A stretch of DNA of 31,028 nucleotides from Terrimicrobiaceae bacterium (GTDB taxonomy: Bacteria; Verrucomicrobiota; Verrucomicrobiia; Chthoniobacterales; Terrimicrobiaceae): the NCBI GenBank assembly GCA_044342325.1, contig JBIIPZ010000034.1, positions 1 through 31,028 of the forward strand, read 5' to 3'. The first letter of the stretch is position 1; each line of letters begins with the position of its first letter. The position numbers and the translations under genes are program-made. Below, piece after piece: positions 1-9,126 of this stretch. Under the pieces are notes generated by a model. That model saw nothing but the letters and a program-made list of their open reading frames with translations. It was not told the origin of the DNA and did not search any database.

Positions 1-2
1 AG

Positions 3-203
3 AGCTTGGCATACTCGGTTTACATCATCGGCCAAACCGGCGAAATCCAGACCAAGAGCGGAACGGATACCTTCGTTCCCGCCTCTACCACCACCACGGA
101 GACAGTCATCCAACTTGAACCCGTCTATCCCGCAACCAGCGGAGAAACGCCCGTGGCTCCCACCGGATGGAAAACACTCAAACCGCGATCCCTTTCGTAT
201 TAA
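3..203 (+). CDS. C-terminal end of a gene entering from the left edge (hypothetical; possibly a large secretion/pilus-cassette-associated protein)
   Basis: The frame is open from the window edge (SLAYSVYIIGQTG...PRSLSY*). Its stop lies 4 nt before the next ATG (208), suggesting an operon. The product is a weak guess. Confidence 0.5.
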   Translation, partial: SLAYSVYIIGQTGEIQTKSGTDTFVPASTTTTETVIQLEPVYPATSGETPVAPTGWKTLKPRSLSY

Positions 204-207
204 CCCC

Positions 208-990
208 ATGCAAAACCGCATTTTTTCTGCCCTGTTTTTTGCGACACTCGTGACCTCTTCCCTTCCAGCGGCACATGCCGAGGAGAAGGAAGAGAAACCC
301 AAAGAGGGATATGTGAAAATTTTCAACGCCACCTATCGAAACGGAGTGGAAAAATGGGAAACCGGTCTCAATCTGAAATTCCACGATGAACCGCTCGCCA
401 ACGATGTGCGCGTGGGCGAAGGAGGACTCGTGAGGCAGATCACCTACAAACAAAAAGATACGGTGGATGTCTTTCGCCACCGCGAATTCCTCAAAGCCCC
501 CACTCCCGCCAACGAACTGCCCGCCGCCAAGCTTTCCGCCACCTTCGAGGAGGGCAGCATCACGCTCCTCGTTGTGCATGGTGAAATAAGCCGGAGTGGG
601 GAAAATTTGAAAATCACCGCCCTTCGCGAATTTCCTATTTCCGAGGAGTCCAACCGCCCAGGCCAAGCACGACTCCTCGTTGCCAATTTTCGCAATGGCG
701 AGCCGGTCTACCTCTCAATCGGCAACTTGGAAGCATTCCCGCTCGCTCCAAATGAACAACGCGAAATCTTCGTTGCGCCAGGCGAGACCGAGATTTTTCT
801 CATCCACAAGGAATCCGGAAAATCCGATTTCAAACGCCAACTGGCAGCGTTCAAGTTCAAAGCCAACCACAACTACACCGGCCTCATCTCCCCCTCGTCG
901 GAAGTTCCAAACCGCCCATCACTCCGCATCTCTGATTCCAACCAGGACTGGTCGAGCATCCGTCCGGCTAGAGAAAAAAGTTCTGAATAA
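208..990 (+). CDS. Secreted/periplasmic hypothetical protein (beta-rich, possibly DUF4397-like)
   Basis: ATG at 208 gives a Sec signal peptide (MQNRIFSALFFATLVTSSLPAAHA|EE). The longer start at 115 would overlap the upstream gene. Confidence 0.7.
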   Translation: MQNRIFSALFFATLVTSSLPAAHAEEKEEKPKEGYVKIFNATYRNGVEKWETGLNLKFHDEPLANDVRVGEGGLVRQITYKQKDTVDVFRHREFLKAPTPANELPAAKLSATFEEGSITLLVVHGEISRSGENLKITALREFPISEESNRPGQARLLVANFRNGEPVYLSIGNLEAFPLAPNEQREIFVAPGETEIFLIHKESGKSDFKRQLAAFKFKANHNYTGLISPSSEVPNRPSLRISDSNQDWSSIRPAREKSSE

Positions 991-1108
991 AACAGTTTCC
1001 ATACAGGCCTGAATTTCCCATCGCACGTGCCATTCCGGAGAATTCCCCTTCTGAATTGCACCAATCATCCTCTCTGCGCAATTGCAGCAAATCCGGTTCA
1101 GCACCTTG

Positions 1109-2587
1109 TCATTTCGAAATCTCCACCTCCCCGGCGGTGAGCGGGGTGATGTGGCGGAGGCCTTGGACGAGGTATTCCTCGACGACGGCGGAGTTTCCTT
1201 GCAAGAGGCGAAGGCTGTCGGGAGCGGGACCGCGCTGGATGGCGACGCGTTGGATATCCGAGCTATGGCTGACTGTGACGAGCGGGAGACCATCGGCGGT
1301 CGTAAGTTGAACGCCCTCTGGCCCGAAGGTGGCTTGGAGAGTGACTTCGTCATGCTTGCCGGTGAGCGGGTTTTCATCCAAGCGGAAGCGGAGTGATGCG
1401 GGTTGAGGGACGGCAGTTGCATTGGCGCTCACCTGCCCGTCCACAAAACCAAAAGCCGGGCCGTCATGAATCGATCGTTCCCATTCGATGGACCATCCGC
1501 CTTCAGGATTCCGCGAAAGAACCCGCAGTCGCTGCAAACCGGGGGACTGCTCCAGAACAGAAAAGACATCGCTGGTGCGCAAGGCGCGAACCAGGACGGG
1601 ACGCGGGTCTCCAGGATTTGGAACAAGCGCCCTTAGGATGCCGCCCTCGAAATTCGCCTGGGCGACGACCGGCGAGGCGTCGGGATCCATCGAAGTGCCG
1701 GTGAACCACAGTGTCTTGCCCTCCCCAAACGACAGTGAAGCCACACTCGCAGGGACTGGGATTTTTGCGAACGGCTCCCCCGAACTGGAGAGCCATAAAC
1801 TGCCGTCGGAGGCACCTGCGATACCGGTCTCCGCAGCAGCGAGAGTTCCAAAACGAGCCGGAACCTGTAATTGAGAGGCCGCGCCATCGAGCGTGATGCT
1901 TTTCATGAGATCGCCCTCGAAAAAATAGACACGCTCATTGTCTGCTGCGAGCGCCGTCGGGCGAGTGTCAACCGGCAGGGCGGTGTCCGATAAATCACTG
2001 CCGTCCTCCAGCGAAAAAACTTTCCAACTTTGGCCAGCGTGAACAACGGCCGCACTATCGGTTGCCGCAAGCAAGATGCTGGGCGTTGAGCCCGCCTCAA
2101 TCTCCCTACTCCACAGGAACCCAGCCTCATTTGAATAGCGTCCACAGAAGATTTGTCCGGCAGCAGTAGTCCCAGCGACCAGCAAGCTACCACCCGGCAA
2201 CATCACAAAGTCTCCGATGCGGCGCGGCATGGGGGATTCCGCTGAGGAGACCCAGTCATTAAAATGAAAAGCCTCACCCTCCACCGTGACATCGCCTATG
2301 AGATAACCCCTCAAAAAATATCGACCGGCTGGCACCTTCTGCCCTGCATCGTCGCGACCGTCCCACTGCGTGATATAGCCATTGAGCCCGATACGAAACG
2401 CCTCCTCGCCATCCATCGCGTGGAGGGTTCTCACCAGCTTGCCCGCCTTATTGAAGACCCCTAGCGTGATCAATCCCTGCCCCGGCACAGCGAAGGCGAT
2501 CTCCTGCGTATTAGGCGAAGCAGCCTCAATCGACGAGACAGCAAAAACCAATGCGAGCACGAAAGCGCATAACCTTGGGAGGGCCAT
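1109..2587 (-). CDS. Secreted protein with an N-terminal FlgD-like Ig domain followed by a probable beta-propeller region
   Basis: Signal peptide MALPRLCAFVLALVFAVSSIEA. FlgD-Ig-like motif TLGVFNKAGKLVRTL...WDGRDDAGQKVPAGRY. The ORF-track extension to 3106 overlaps the GH57 gene and a repeat, so it is not used. Confidence 0.7.
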   Translation of the reverse strand: MALPRLCAFVLALVFAVSSIEAASPNTQEIAFAVPGQGLITLGVFNKAGKLVRTLHAMDGEEAFRIGLNGYITQWDGRDDAGQKVPAGRYFLRGYLIGDVTVEGEAFHFNDWVSSAESPMPRRIGDFVMLPGGSLLVAGTTAAGQIFCGRYSNEAGFLWSREIEAGSTPSILLAATDSAAVVHAGQSWKVFSLEDGSDLSDTALPVDTRPTALAADNERVYFFEGDLMKSITLDGAASQLQVPARFGTLAAAETGIAGASDGSLWLSSSGEPFAKIPVPASVASLSFGEGKTLWFTGTSMDPDASPVVAQANFEGGILRALVPNPGDPRPVLVRALRTSDVFSVLEQSPGLQRLRVLSRNPEGGWSIEWERSIHDGPAFGFVDGQVSANATAVPQPASLRFRLDENPLTGKHDEVTLQATFGPEGVQLTTADGLPLVTVSHSSDIQRVAIQRGPAPDSLRLLQGNSAVVEEYLVQGLRHITPLTAGEVEISK

Positions 2588-2718
2588 CGTCCCGCATGGC
2601 CCAAATATTTCCAAGCAAGGTGGGGACTCACTTTCAGACACCTCCCACACCAAAGCCGCCCACCGCCCACGCCGCTTCGCGGCTGAAAAATCGGCCATGC
2701 GGGACGATGGCCCTCCCA
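2576..2718. repeat. REP-doublet/MITE-like element, copy 1, with perfect 26-bp terminal inverted repeats
   Basis: TGGGAGGGCCATCGTCCCGCATGGCC (2576-2601) is the exact reverse complement of 2693-2718. Each arm is itself a hairpin (GGCCAT-N8-ATGGCC). There is an internal GCCGCTTCGCGGC hairpin at 2671-2683. Confidence 0.85.
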
Positions 2719-2733
2719 GTTGGTGCGAAAAAA

Positions 2734-4314
2734 TCACAGGTAGTGTTTCCAATCGAGATTCGGAAAAATGTTGTCCCGCGCCTCGCAGGCCGAGAGGAGC
2801 GCCTCGTTGGGTTCGCCGCTCTCCAATATTTCGTGAAGTTTGTTGAAGCGCAGAATGTGATCCTTGGTGCGGCGCGTGGCGTAGTCCACGGCCGTGCCGG
2901 TTTTCATGAGAAACGCCCAGTCGCTGGATTGCGCGAGGAGTAGTTCGCGCGCGAGCTGTTGCAGAAGGCGCTTGGTAAAAACGGAGCGAGTGCTCTGATT
3001 GGCCCGCGCCGCAGCGGTCATGCGGCGGGCGGCGGAGTGGAGATGCGGGTAGATCCACGAGTTGCACCGGTCGAGCCAGACTTCCCAGTAGCCCTTGTTT
3101 CCCCAACTTGAAGGCGATGGACTCACCATTTGCTGCGTGGGATTTTCCTTCAAATAGGCCCCCGGCGTCGTGAGTCGGAATGTGTTTTGGTCGTAGGCCG
3201 CCTTGCGCAAAAAGAGATCGAGAAACTCCGGCCCCTCATACCACCAGTGGCCGAAAAGCTCGGCATCAAAGGGACTCAAGATGACCGGATCGATAGGCAG
3301 CATCGATTTCAAATGCTCAAACTGTCGGATGCGGGCGTTCAGGAAGTCCCCCGCATGATGGTCCGCCGCAGCCATCGCCCAGGCACGGTTGTAGACCTGC
3401 TTGTCTGGCGAGCCGGTGATGCGGTGGTATTTGAAGCCCGTGTTGCGCCGGCACCCCAAGTCAGGCAGCACCGTGCGGAGATAGTCCTCCGGCAACTCCA
3501 TGCCGATGTCGCGGTAGAAATCCCGGTAGGCTGGATCGCCCGGATACCCCTCGCGTGCGCTCCAGACCTGCTTGCTCGACTCGCGGTCGCGTCCAAAAAC
3601 AGCCGGACCGGCGGGGGTGAAATACGGCGCGTAAATAGCGAATCGAGGCCTCGGCTCGCCATACATGAGTCCATGGGCATCCACGACGAACCACCGTAGA
3701 TTCGCCTCCTGCAACAGGCTGTCCACGCGCGGCACATATCCGCACTCGGGAAGCCAGATACCCTCGGGAGGGCGCCCGAAGCACTCTCGGTGGTAGTCGC
3801 AGCCGATAAGAATTTGCGCCCGCATCGCCTCCGGCACAATCTCCATGAGCGGCAGGAAGCCATGCGTTGCGGCACAGGTGATGATTTCAATAATGCCATC
3901 CGCCTGGAGCTGGGCGAATGCCCCCACGATATCGCGGTTGATTTCCCGCGTGTAAAAATCCAGCGCCTCCGAGATGCGGGCGTGATAGTGCCGCGCCACA
4001 TCGCGCATCGCGGCGTCATGCGCCGTGCGCTCGACCTCCATCGCCGCCAACTCGACACCGCGCGCCAGATAGCGCTCAGAGCGGGCCTGCAGTAGCGGAT
4101 CCCGCAACATCGCACAGAGCGGAGGAGTGAGGGTGAATGTGAGCTTCACGGGCGCCTTGTCGAAAACAAGGCGGCGCAGGTTTTTCAGGAGCGGAATGTA
4201 ACACTCGAGGATGGCCTCAAAAAGCCAGTCCTCCTCTAAAAATTCTTCATGCTCCGGGTGCCTTACCCACGGCAAGTGGGCGTGCAGGAGAAGGGCAAGA
4301 GAACCTTGGTGCAT
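2734..4314 (-). CDS. GH57 1,4-alpha-glucan branching enzyme (DUF1957 C-terminus)
   Basis: Motifs LHAHLPWV, ATHGFLPL, GIWLPECGY (nucleophile E), PFDAELFGHWW (acid/base D) and RELLLAQSSDWAF. Confidence 0.92.
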   Translation of the reverse strand: MHQGSLALLLHAHLPWVRHPEHEEFLEEDWLFEAILECYIPLLKNLRRLVFDKAPVKLTFTLTPPLCAMLRDPLLQARSERYLARGVELAAMEVERTAHDAAMRDVARHYHARISEALDFYTREINRDIVGAFAQLQADGIIEIITCAATHGFLPLMEIVPEAMRAQILIGCDYHRECFGRPPEGIWLPECGYVPRVDSLLQEANLRWFVVDAHGLMYGEPRPRFAIYAPYFTPAGPAVFGRDRESSKQVWSAREGYPGDPAYRDFYRDIGMELPEDYLRTVLPDLGCRRNTGFKYHRITGSPDKQVYNRAWAMAAADHHAGDFLNARIRQFEHLKSMLPIDPVILSPFDAELFGHWWYEGPEFLDLFLRKAAYDQNTFRLTTPGAYLKENPTQQMVSPSPSSWGNKGYWEVWLDRCNSWIYPHLHSAARRMTAAARANQSTRSVFTKRLLQQLARELLLAQSSDWAFLMKTGTAVDYATRRTKDHILRFNKLHEILESGEPNEALLSACEARDNIFPNLDWKHYL

Positions 4315-4368
4315 AAATGCGTCTCGGCATCATATCGAGACCGGCGAACGCGACAAGCGCGCAGAGTT

Positions 4369-4974
4369 TCAATCGTTCCATCCACTCCAAGCCAGCAGGC
4401 CCGCAAGAGCTCTGGCGCGGTGGCTCGATGCATTTTTCACTTCCGAACCAAGCTGTGCAAAGGTCTCGCAATGCCCCTCCGGAACGAAGAGCGGATCGTA
4501 GCCGAATCCTCCCGAGCCTTTTTCCAGGTTGATGATCACGCCCTCGACCGAGCCACTGAAAGCCGCAAGCTTGCGACCCGCCCGCGCTAGCACAATCACA
4601 CAGCGGAAACGCGCCGAGCGTTCCTTGCCACGCACACCCTCGAGCTTCTCCAAAAGCAAAGCACGGTTCGAGGCATCCGTCGCCCCAACTCCCGAAAATC
4701 TGGCCGACCACACACCCGGCGCGCCATCCAAGGCATCGACCTCCAGTCCGGAGTCATCCGCAATCACCCACCCGTCAAAGTGCCCCGAAACTGCGAGAGC
4801 CTTGAGCGTGGCGTTCTCCTCAAAAGTCACACCCGTCTCCTCCACCTCCCCCACTCCACTGATCGCAGAAAGATCCAGAACCTCGAAATCGGCACCCAGA
4901 ATTTCCCGAATCTCACCGACCTTGTGGCCATTACGAGTGGATACAAGCAAGCGGCGGGAAATTGTTTTGTTCAT
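4369..4974 (-). CDS. rdgB: Non-canonical purine NTP pyrophosphatase (RdgB/HAM1)
   Basis: STRNGHK, VEETGVTFEENATLKA, ADDSGLEVDALDGAPGVWSAR, GFGYDPLF, KNASSHRARA. Confidence 0.95.
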   Translation of the reverse strand: MNKTISRRLLVSTRNGHKVGEIREILGADFEVLDLSAISGVGEVEETGVTFEENATLKALAVSGHFDGWVIADDSGLEVDALDGAPGVWSARFSGVGATDASNRALLLEKLEGVRGKERSARFRCVIVLARAGRKLAAFSGSVEGVIINLEKGSGGFGYDPLFVPEGHCETFAQLGSEVKNASSHRARALAGLLAWSGWND

Positions 4975-5068
4975 GAGCGTTTTTAAACTCCAAGGCCATT
5001 TTTTTAGACAGACTATTTTTTATCCAAACCCAGCCCCCATCGCAGCACCACCGCCCTTCGGGCACATC

Positions 5069-5273
5069 GGAGATGTGCTTCGATTCGCATGACCCATTTT
5101 TCAGCCGCGAAACGGAGTGAGGACGGCCGTGCAGGCGGACGGCGTTTTTCGGGAGGCTCTGAGCAGGCTGGTGTCTGTGCGTAGTTCCGCGTCTTCGGTG
5201 GAAAATTTTGGGCCATGCCGGAGGACGGCCCTCCCAATATCGGCGTGCCGCTTCAGCTGCGAAGCGGCGTGGG
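5069..5273. repeat. REP-doublet/MITE-like element, copy 2 (reverse orientation, left arm degenerate), plus an extra hairpin motif
   Basis: The reverse complement of 5200-5237 matches 2575-2612 at 33/38. 5087-5115 (GCATGACCCATTTTTCAGCCGCGAAACGG) mirrors the right arm of copy 1. The reverse complement of 5252-5273 matches 2666-2687 at 21/22. Confidence 0.8.
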
Positions 5274-5283
5274 AGGTGCGGGG

Positions 5284-5526
5284 TTAGGCAAGGGATTTGT
5301 GGGAGCCGTCGCAGAGGACGCCGTTGGCGCTTTGTTTGCAGGCGCAGAAATACACGGTACCATCTTTTTCGGCGGTGTAGGGAACCGGGGCGAAGTCGGT
5401 GCCCTTGTGGGATCCGTCGCAGAAGGGTTGGGATTTACTCTCTCCGCAGGAGCACCAGTAGTAGGTTTTGCCTGCGACGACAGTGACGGGTGACGGAGAT
5501 TTTTGGGCGATTTTTGGTGTTAGCAT
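5284..5526 (-). CDS. CDGSH iron-sulfur protein with two CDGSH motifs (MiNT/CISD3-like)
   Basis: WCSCGESKSQPFCDGSH and FCACKQSANGVLCDGSH. Confidence 0.93.
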   Translation of the reverse strand: MLTPKIAQKSPSPVTVVAGKTYYWCSCGESKSQPFCDGSHKGTDFAPVPYTAEKDGTVYFCACKQSANGVLCDGSHKSLA

Positions 5527-5547
5527 GGTTTGGTTGGAGTTGAAAAT

Positions 5548-6033
5548 TTAGCGAATGCGATAAGATCCGTCGCCGACGCTGAGGACTTGGATTTTTACAT
5601 TCGTGAGGCCTTGTTTGGTGAAGCCAAGGTCGTCGGCAACTGGCTTTGTGACATCGAGCATGCGGCCGCGGATGAAGGGTCCGCGGTCATTGACGCGGAC
5701 TTTGACCGAGCGGCCGTTTTTAAGATTGGTGACGCGAATAACGCAGGGGATGGGCAGCGTTTTGTGGGCGGCGACTTTGGTCCATGGCCAGAGTTTCTCA
5801 CCGGTGGCCGTCTTGCCAGGAAAGATGAGGAAATGCTCAGAGTAGTGCGACGCGATACCGACCTCGGTGTGGCCGATGGCATCGCGGGGCTGCATGGGAT
5901 GATATCGAATGCCACGAATTGCGTAGGGCTTGGTTTTGTAGCCTTTGATATTCGGCCCGAGGCAAGCGGTGAGCGGCAGGCAAAAGGCGGCGATGAGTCC
6001 GAAGAGGAGAGTTTGCTGAAGAATTCGTTTCAC
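5548..6033 (-). CDS. rlpA: Septal-ring lytic transglycosylase RlpA-family lipoprotein (DPBB domain)
   Basis: Lipobox LTAC. Motifs GIASHY, TATGE, AAHKTLP, VRVNDRGPFIRGRMLDV. GTG at 6033 overlaps the recO TGA (GTGA). Confidence 0.88.
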   Translation of the reverse strand: MKRILQQTLLFGLIAAFCLPLTACLGPNIKGYKTKPYAIRGIRYHPMQPRDAIGHTEVGIASHYSEHFLIFPGKTATGEKLWPWTKVAAHKTLPIPCVIRVTNLKNGRSVKVRVNDRGPFIRGRMLDVTKPVADDLGFTKQGLTNVKIQVLSVGDGSYRIR

Positions 6034-6569
6034 GGTGTGGTGCGAGGGTTCAACAATTGCAATGCAGCCATACGCGAGGAGGGGATGCGTCCGCAATAGG
6101 TTTCAATCGCTGCCCTGGCACAGGCGGTGCCGTCGTGGATGCCGAGCATGCGGCAGAGTTCGCTTTCAAAAAACTCGAGCGCCCGCATGGAGGCGGGGGA
6201 CCGGCTCAGATGGGAAGTGGCGCGGGAGAAAAGATCGTAAATCTCAGGAAATGGCTCGCCGGGCTGCGTGACGAGGTCGATGAGTTCGGCGAAGTAGCCA
6301 CAGAGAAAAAGATTCGACGCGGAGGTGGCGGCGAAAACCTCCAGCAATCGCACCTCGCGGAGAGTGTGGAGGGAGCCGCGTTTGGGCATGGCGTAGCCGA
6401 TCTCGGCTTTGTGAAAGAGGTCGAGGCGTCCAGCAAACGGACTGACGGGACGCCGTGCTGCGCGGGCCATGGCGGTGATTTTGCCATGCCCGCTGGTAAG
6501 CCATGTGGTGATGAGACTCGTGTCGCTCCAAGCCTGCTTGCGGATGAGGATGGCCTCGGTTTGTTCCAT
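6030..6569 (-). CDS. recO: DNA repair protein RecO (short form)
   Basis: N-terminal OB fold (TEAILIRK..WSDTSLITTWLTSGHGKITAMARAARR..SPFAGRLDLF) followed by a helical region YFAELID...FFESEL. Confidence 0.88.
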   Translation of the reverse strand: MEQTEAILIRKQAWSDTSLITTWLTSGHGKITAMARAARRPVSPFAGRLDLFHKAEIGYAMPKRGSLHTLREVRLLEVFAATSASNLFLCGYFAELIDLVTQPGEPFPEIYDLFSRATSHLSRSPASMRALEFFESELCRMLGIHDGTACARAAIETYCGRIPSSRMAALQLLNPRTTP

Positions 6570-6592
6570 GGCGGCCCCGCCCGTTGGTGAAC

Positions 6593-8197
6593 TTAGAGAG
6601 CGATGACCCGGGCGCTGTAGATGTCGGCGTCAGCCGAGAGCTTGGTCATGACATCCGCTCCAGGCATGCTGTCGAGGTTCAACAGCGTGAGGGCGCGCCC
6701 TCCCTGCTCGGTGCGCGACAAGCTCATGCTGGCGATATTGATTTTCTCAGTGCCGAGGAGTGTGCCGATGTGACCAACGATGCCAGGGCGGTCGCGGTTT
6801 TCGAGCATGAGAACAACCCCTGAAGGTGTGACTTCCACAGGGTTGCCGTTCACACGGACGATACGCGGATCGTTTTTGGCACCGAAGAATGTGCCGCCGA
6901 GCGAGACTTTGCTGTCACCGCTGAAAACGGCCACATGGAGCCATTCGTTGAAATCGGTCTGCGCGCTGGAGCGAACCTCCTGCACATCGAGGCCGATGGT
7001 GGAAGCCATGCTGCGGACATTTACGCTGTTCACTTCCTCGCCGCCGGCGTGTTTGAGGAAGCCGGTGAGGATGGCGCGACTGATGGCGTCAGTCGGCATT
7101 TCGACGGCTTTGCCGCCGTAGGTGATGACGACGCGGTCGTTGCGTTTCGGCGCGAGCTGGGCAACGAAGCGACCCATTTTGTCACCGAGAGTGAGGTAGG
7201 GTTTCACGACGGCAGCGGTTTTGGCGTCGATGCTGGGCATGTTGACGGCGTTTCGAATTTCCCCATCGAGCAAGGCGGCGCGGATTGCCTGTGCAATTTC
7301 GATACCGACATTTTCCTGCGCCTCGGCGGTGCTGGCTCCGAGGTGGGGAGTGAAGACGATATTCGAAAGTTCGCGTAACGGGAAGTCGGCGGGCGGCGGC
7401 TCGACTTCAAAAACATCGAGTGCGGCAGCTCCCACATGCCCGGACTTGAGGGCATCATACAAGGCGTCTTCGGCGACAAGTCCACCACGGGCGCAGTTCA
7501 CGATGCGGACGCCTTTTTTACAAAGCGCTAGGCGGCGGGTATCGAGCATGTGGCGGGTTTCATCCGTGAGCGGCATGTGCATGCTTATGAAGTCGGCTTG
7601 AGGAAGAAGGGAGTCGATATCCTCGACAAGCTCCACCTGCAGGCTGCGGGCGCGGCTGACGGAGAGGTAGGGATCATAGGCGAGAACACGCATGCCGAAG
7701 GCCATGGCGCGGCGGGCAAGTTCCGTGCCGATGCGGCCCATGCCGAGAATGCCGAGGGTTTTGTTGTAGAGTTCGACGCCCTCGTATTTTTTGCGGTCCC
7801 AGCGTGCGGCCTTCATGCTGGCGTCGGCTTGCGGGATGTTGCGGGCGATGCTGACAAGGAGGGAAAAGGCATGCTCGGCGGTGGAGATGGTATTTCCACC
7901 GGGTGTGTTCATAACGATGACACCACGGCGCGTTGCAGCATCCACATCGACATTGTCCACGCCCACGCCGGCGCGACCGACGACCTTGAGATTTGTAGCG
8001 GCTTCCAAAACAGCGGCGGTCACTTTGGTCTGACTGCGGACGACGAGAGCGGAGAACTCCGGGATGATTTTGATAATCTCAGCCTCGGGTAGACCGGTTT
8101 TGACAACAACCTCGAAAGCGCCGCCGACAGAGAGTTCATCGACTCCACTTTGAGACACAGGATCGGCTACGAGGACTTTGGGAGTGGAAAGGGACAT
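6593..8197 (-). CDS. serA: D-3-phosphoglycerate dehydrogenase with ASB and ACT domains
   Basis: GRAGVGVDNVD, GMGRIG, NCARGG, TPHLGASTAEAQ and C-terminal ACT NRDRPGIVGHIG. Confidence 0.97.
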   Translation of the reverse strand: MSLSTPKVLVADPVSQSGVDELSVGGAFEVVVKTGLPEAEIIKIIPEFSALVVRSQTKVTAAVLEAATNLKVVGRAGVGVDNVDVDAATRRGVIVMNTPGGNTISTAEHAFSLLVSIARNIPQADASMKAARWDRKKYEGVELYNKTLGILGMGRIGTELARRAMAFGMRVLAYDPYLSVSRARSLQVELVEDIDSLLPQADFISMHMPLTDETRHMLDTRRLALCKKGVRIVNCARGGLVAEDALYDALKSGHVGAAALDVFEVEPPPADFPLRELSNIVFTPHLGASTAEAQENVGIEIAQAIRAALLDGEIRNAVNMPSIDAKTAAVVKPYLTLGDKMGRFVAQLAPKRNDRVVITYGGKAVEMPTDAISRAILTGFLKHAGGEEVNSVNVRSMASTIGLDVQEVRSSAQTDFNEWLHVAVFSGDSKVSLGGTFFGAKNDPRIVRVNGNPVEVTPSGVVLMLENRDRPGIVGHIGTLLGTEKINIASMSLSRTEQGGRALTLLNLDSMPGADVMTKLSADADIYSARVIAL

Positions 8198-8300
8198 TTT
8201 CTTTTCTTTCAGAATGGTGGATTGTGAATGTGAAGCATGGCGCTCGAAAGCGCTGAAAAATGGAGTTTATGGGAATTCACGAATCCGAAAATCAATTTTT

Positions 8301-9032
8301 ATGAAATGGTCGTATCGCATCGCCCGAATCTCAGGCATCGATGTCAGAATTCATGTCACCTTCCTACTCCTTCCGGCCTTTTTTGGATTCACTGGATGGC
8401 AGGACGCGGGGTGGCCTGGAGCAGTGGGCGAGGTTTCCTTTATTGCGGCCCTGTTTTTCTGCGTGTTGTTGCATGAATTCGGCCACGCCATGGCTGGCAG
8501 GCGCTATGGCATCCGCACGCCGGACATCACGCTGCTTCCCATCGGTGGAGTGGCTCGGATGGATCAAATTCCCGAAAAACCCTCGATGGAACTCGTCATT
8601 GCTGTGGCGGGACCGGCGGTGAATGTGGCGATTGCTGCGGTGCTGGCAGGAATTCTCATGCTGACAGGAGGAATTCTGGCTGGGCCTGACAACACTCTGC
8701 GCGTCATGCTTCACAACCTGCTGGTGGTGAATTGCGGGTTGATCATTTTCAATATGATCCCGGCGTTTCCGATGGATGGCGGGCGGGTGCTGCGAGCGCT
8801 ATTGGCGATGAAGTTCAGCCATCTCGCGGCGACGCGCGTGGCAGCCAGAACCGGGCAGGTGCTGGCGTGCGGATTTGCGGTGCTGGGATTTTTTGGGAAT
8901 CCCATGCTTATGCTCATCGCCTTGTTTGTTTTCAATGGGGCCCAAGTGGAATTGCAATACGCGGTTCAGCAGGACCAATACGAACAAATGCTGCGGGAAA
9001 TCATGGCGAGGAACGACCCTCGACAGCTTTAA
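8301..9032 (+). CDS. Site-2 protease, peptidase M50 (SpoIVFB-like, no CBS domains)
   Basis: HEFGH zinc motif, ITLLPIGGVA, AGPAVN, FNMIPAFPMDGGR and several TM segments. Confidence 0.92.
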   Translation: MKWSYRIARISGIDVRIHVTFLLLPAFFGFTGWQDAGWPGAVGEVSFIAALFFCVLLHEFGHAMAGRRYGIRTPDITLLPIGGVARMDQIPEKPSMELVIAVAGPAVNVAIAAVLAGILMLTGGILAGPDNTLRVMLHNLLVVNCGLIIFNMIPAFPMDGGRVLRALLAMKFSHLAATRVAARTGQVLACGFAVLGFFGNPMLMLIALFVFNGAQVELQYAVQQDQYEQMLREIMARNDPRQL

Positions 9033-9126
9033 AAACACAGCCTACCCTTGCCGATGTCCTTGCGTTGAGGGTTCCATGCCGCCAGACTTCGAGAAGCCTC
9101 GGTTGCATTTTTTGAGGCCACCAAGC

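Noticed and set aside
2588..3106. 173-aa N-terminal extension of the 665-aa ORF
   Set aside because: It runs through the repeat and overlaps the GH57 gene in another frame. The signal peptide begins at 2587.
5013..5237. 74-aa ORF resembling peptides from ORFs near 2550-2720 and 18170-18570 (MAQNFP, RFAAEK)
   Set aside because: The similarity comes from translating the non-coding repeat family, not from a protein family.
5247..5268. GC hairpin after the CDGSH gene as an intrinsic terminator
   Set aside because: There is no U-tract on either strand, and the hairpin is built from the repeat-family motif.
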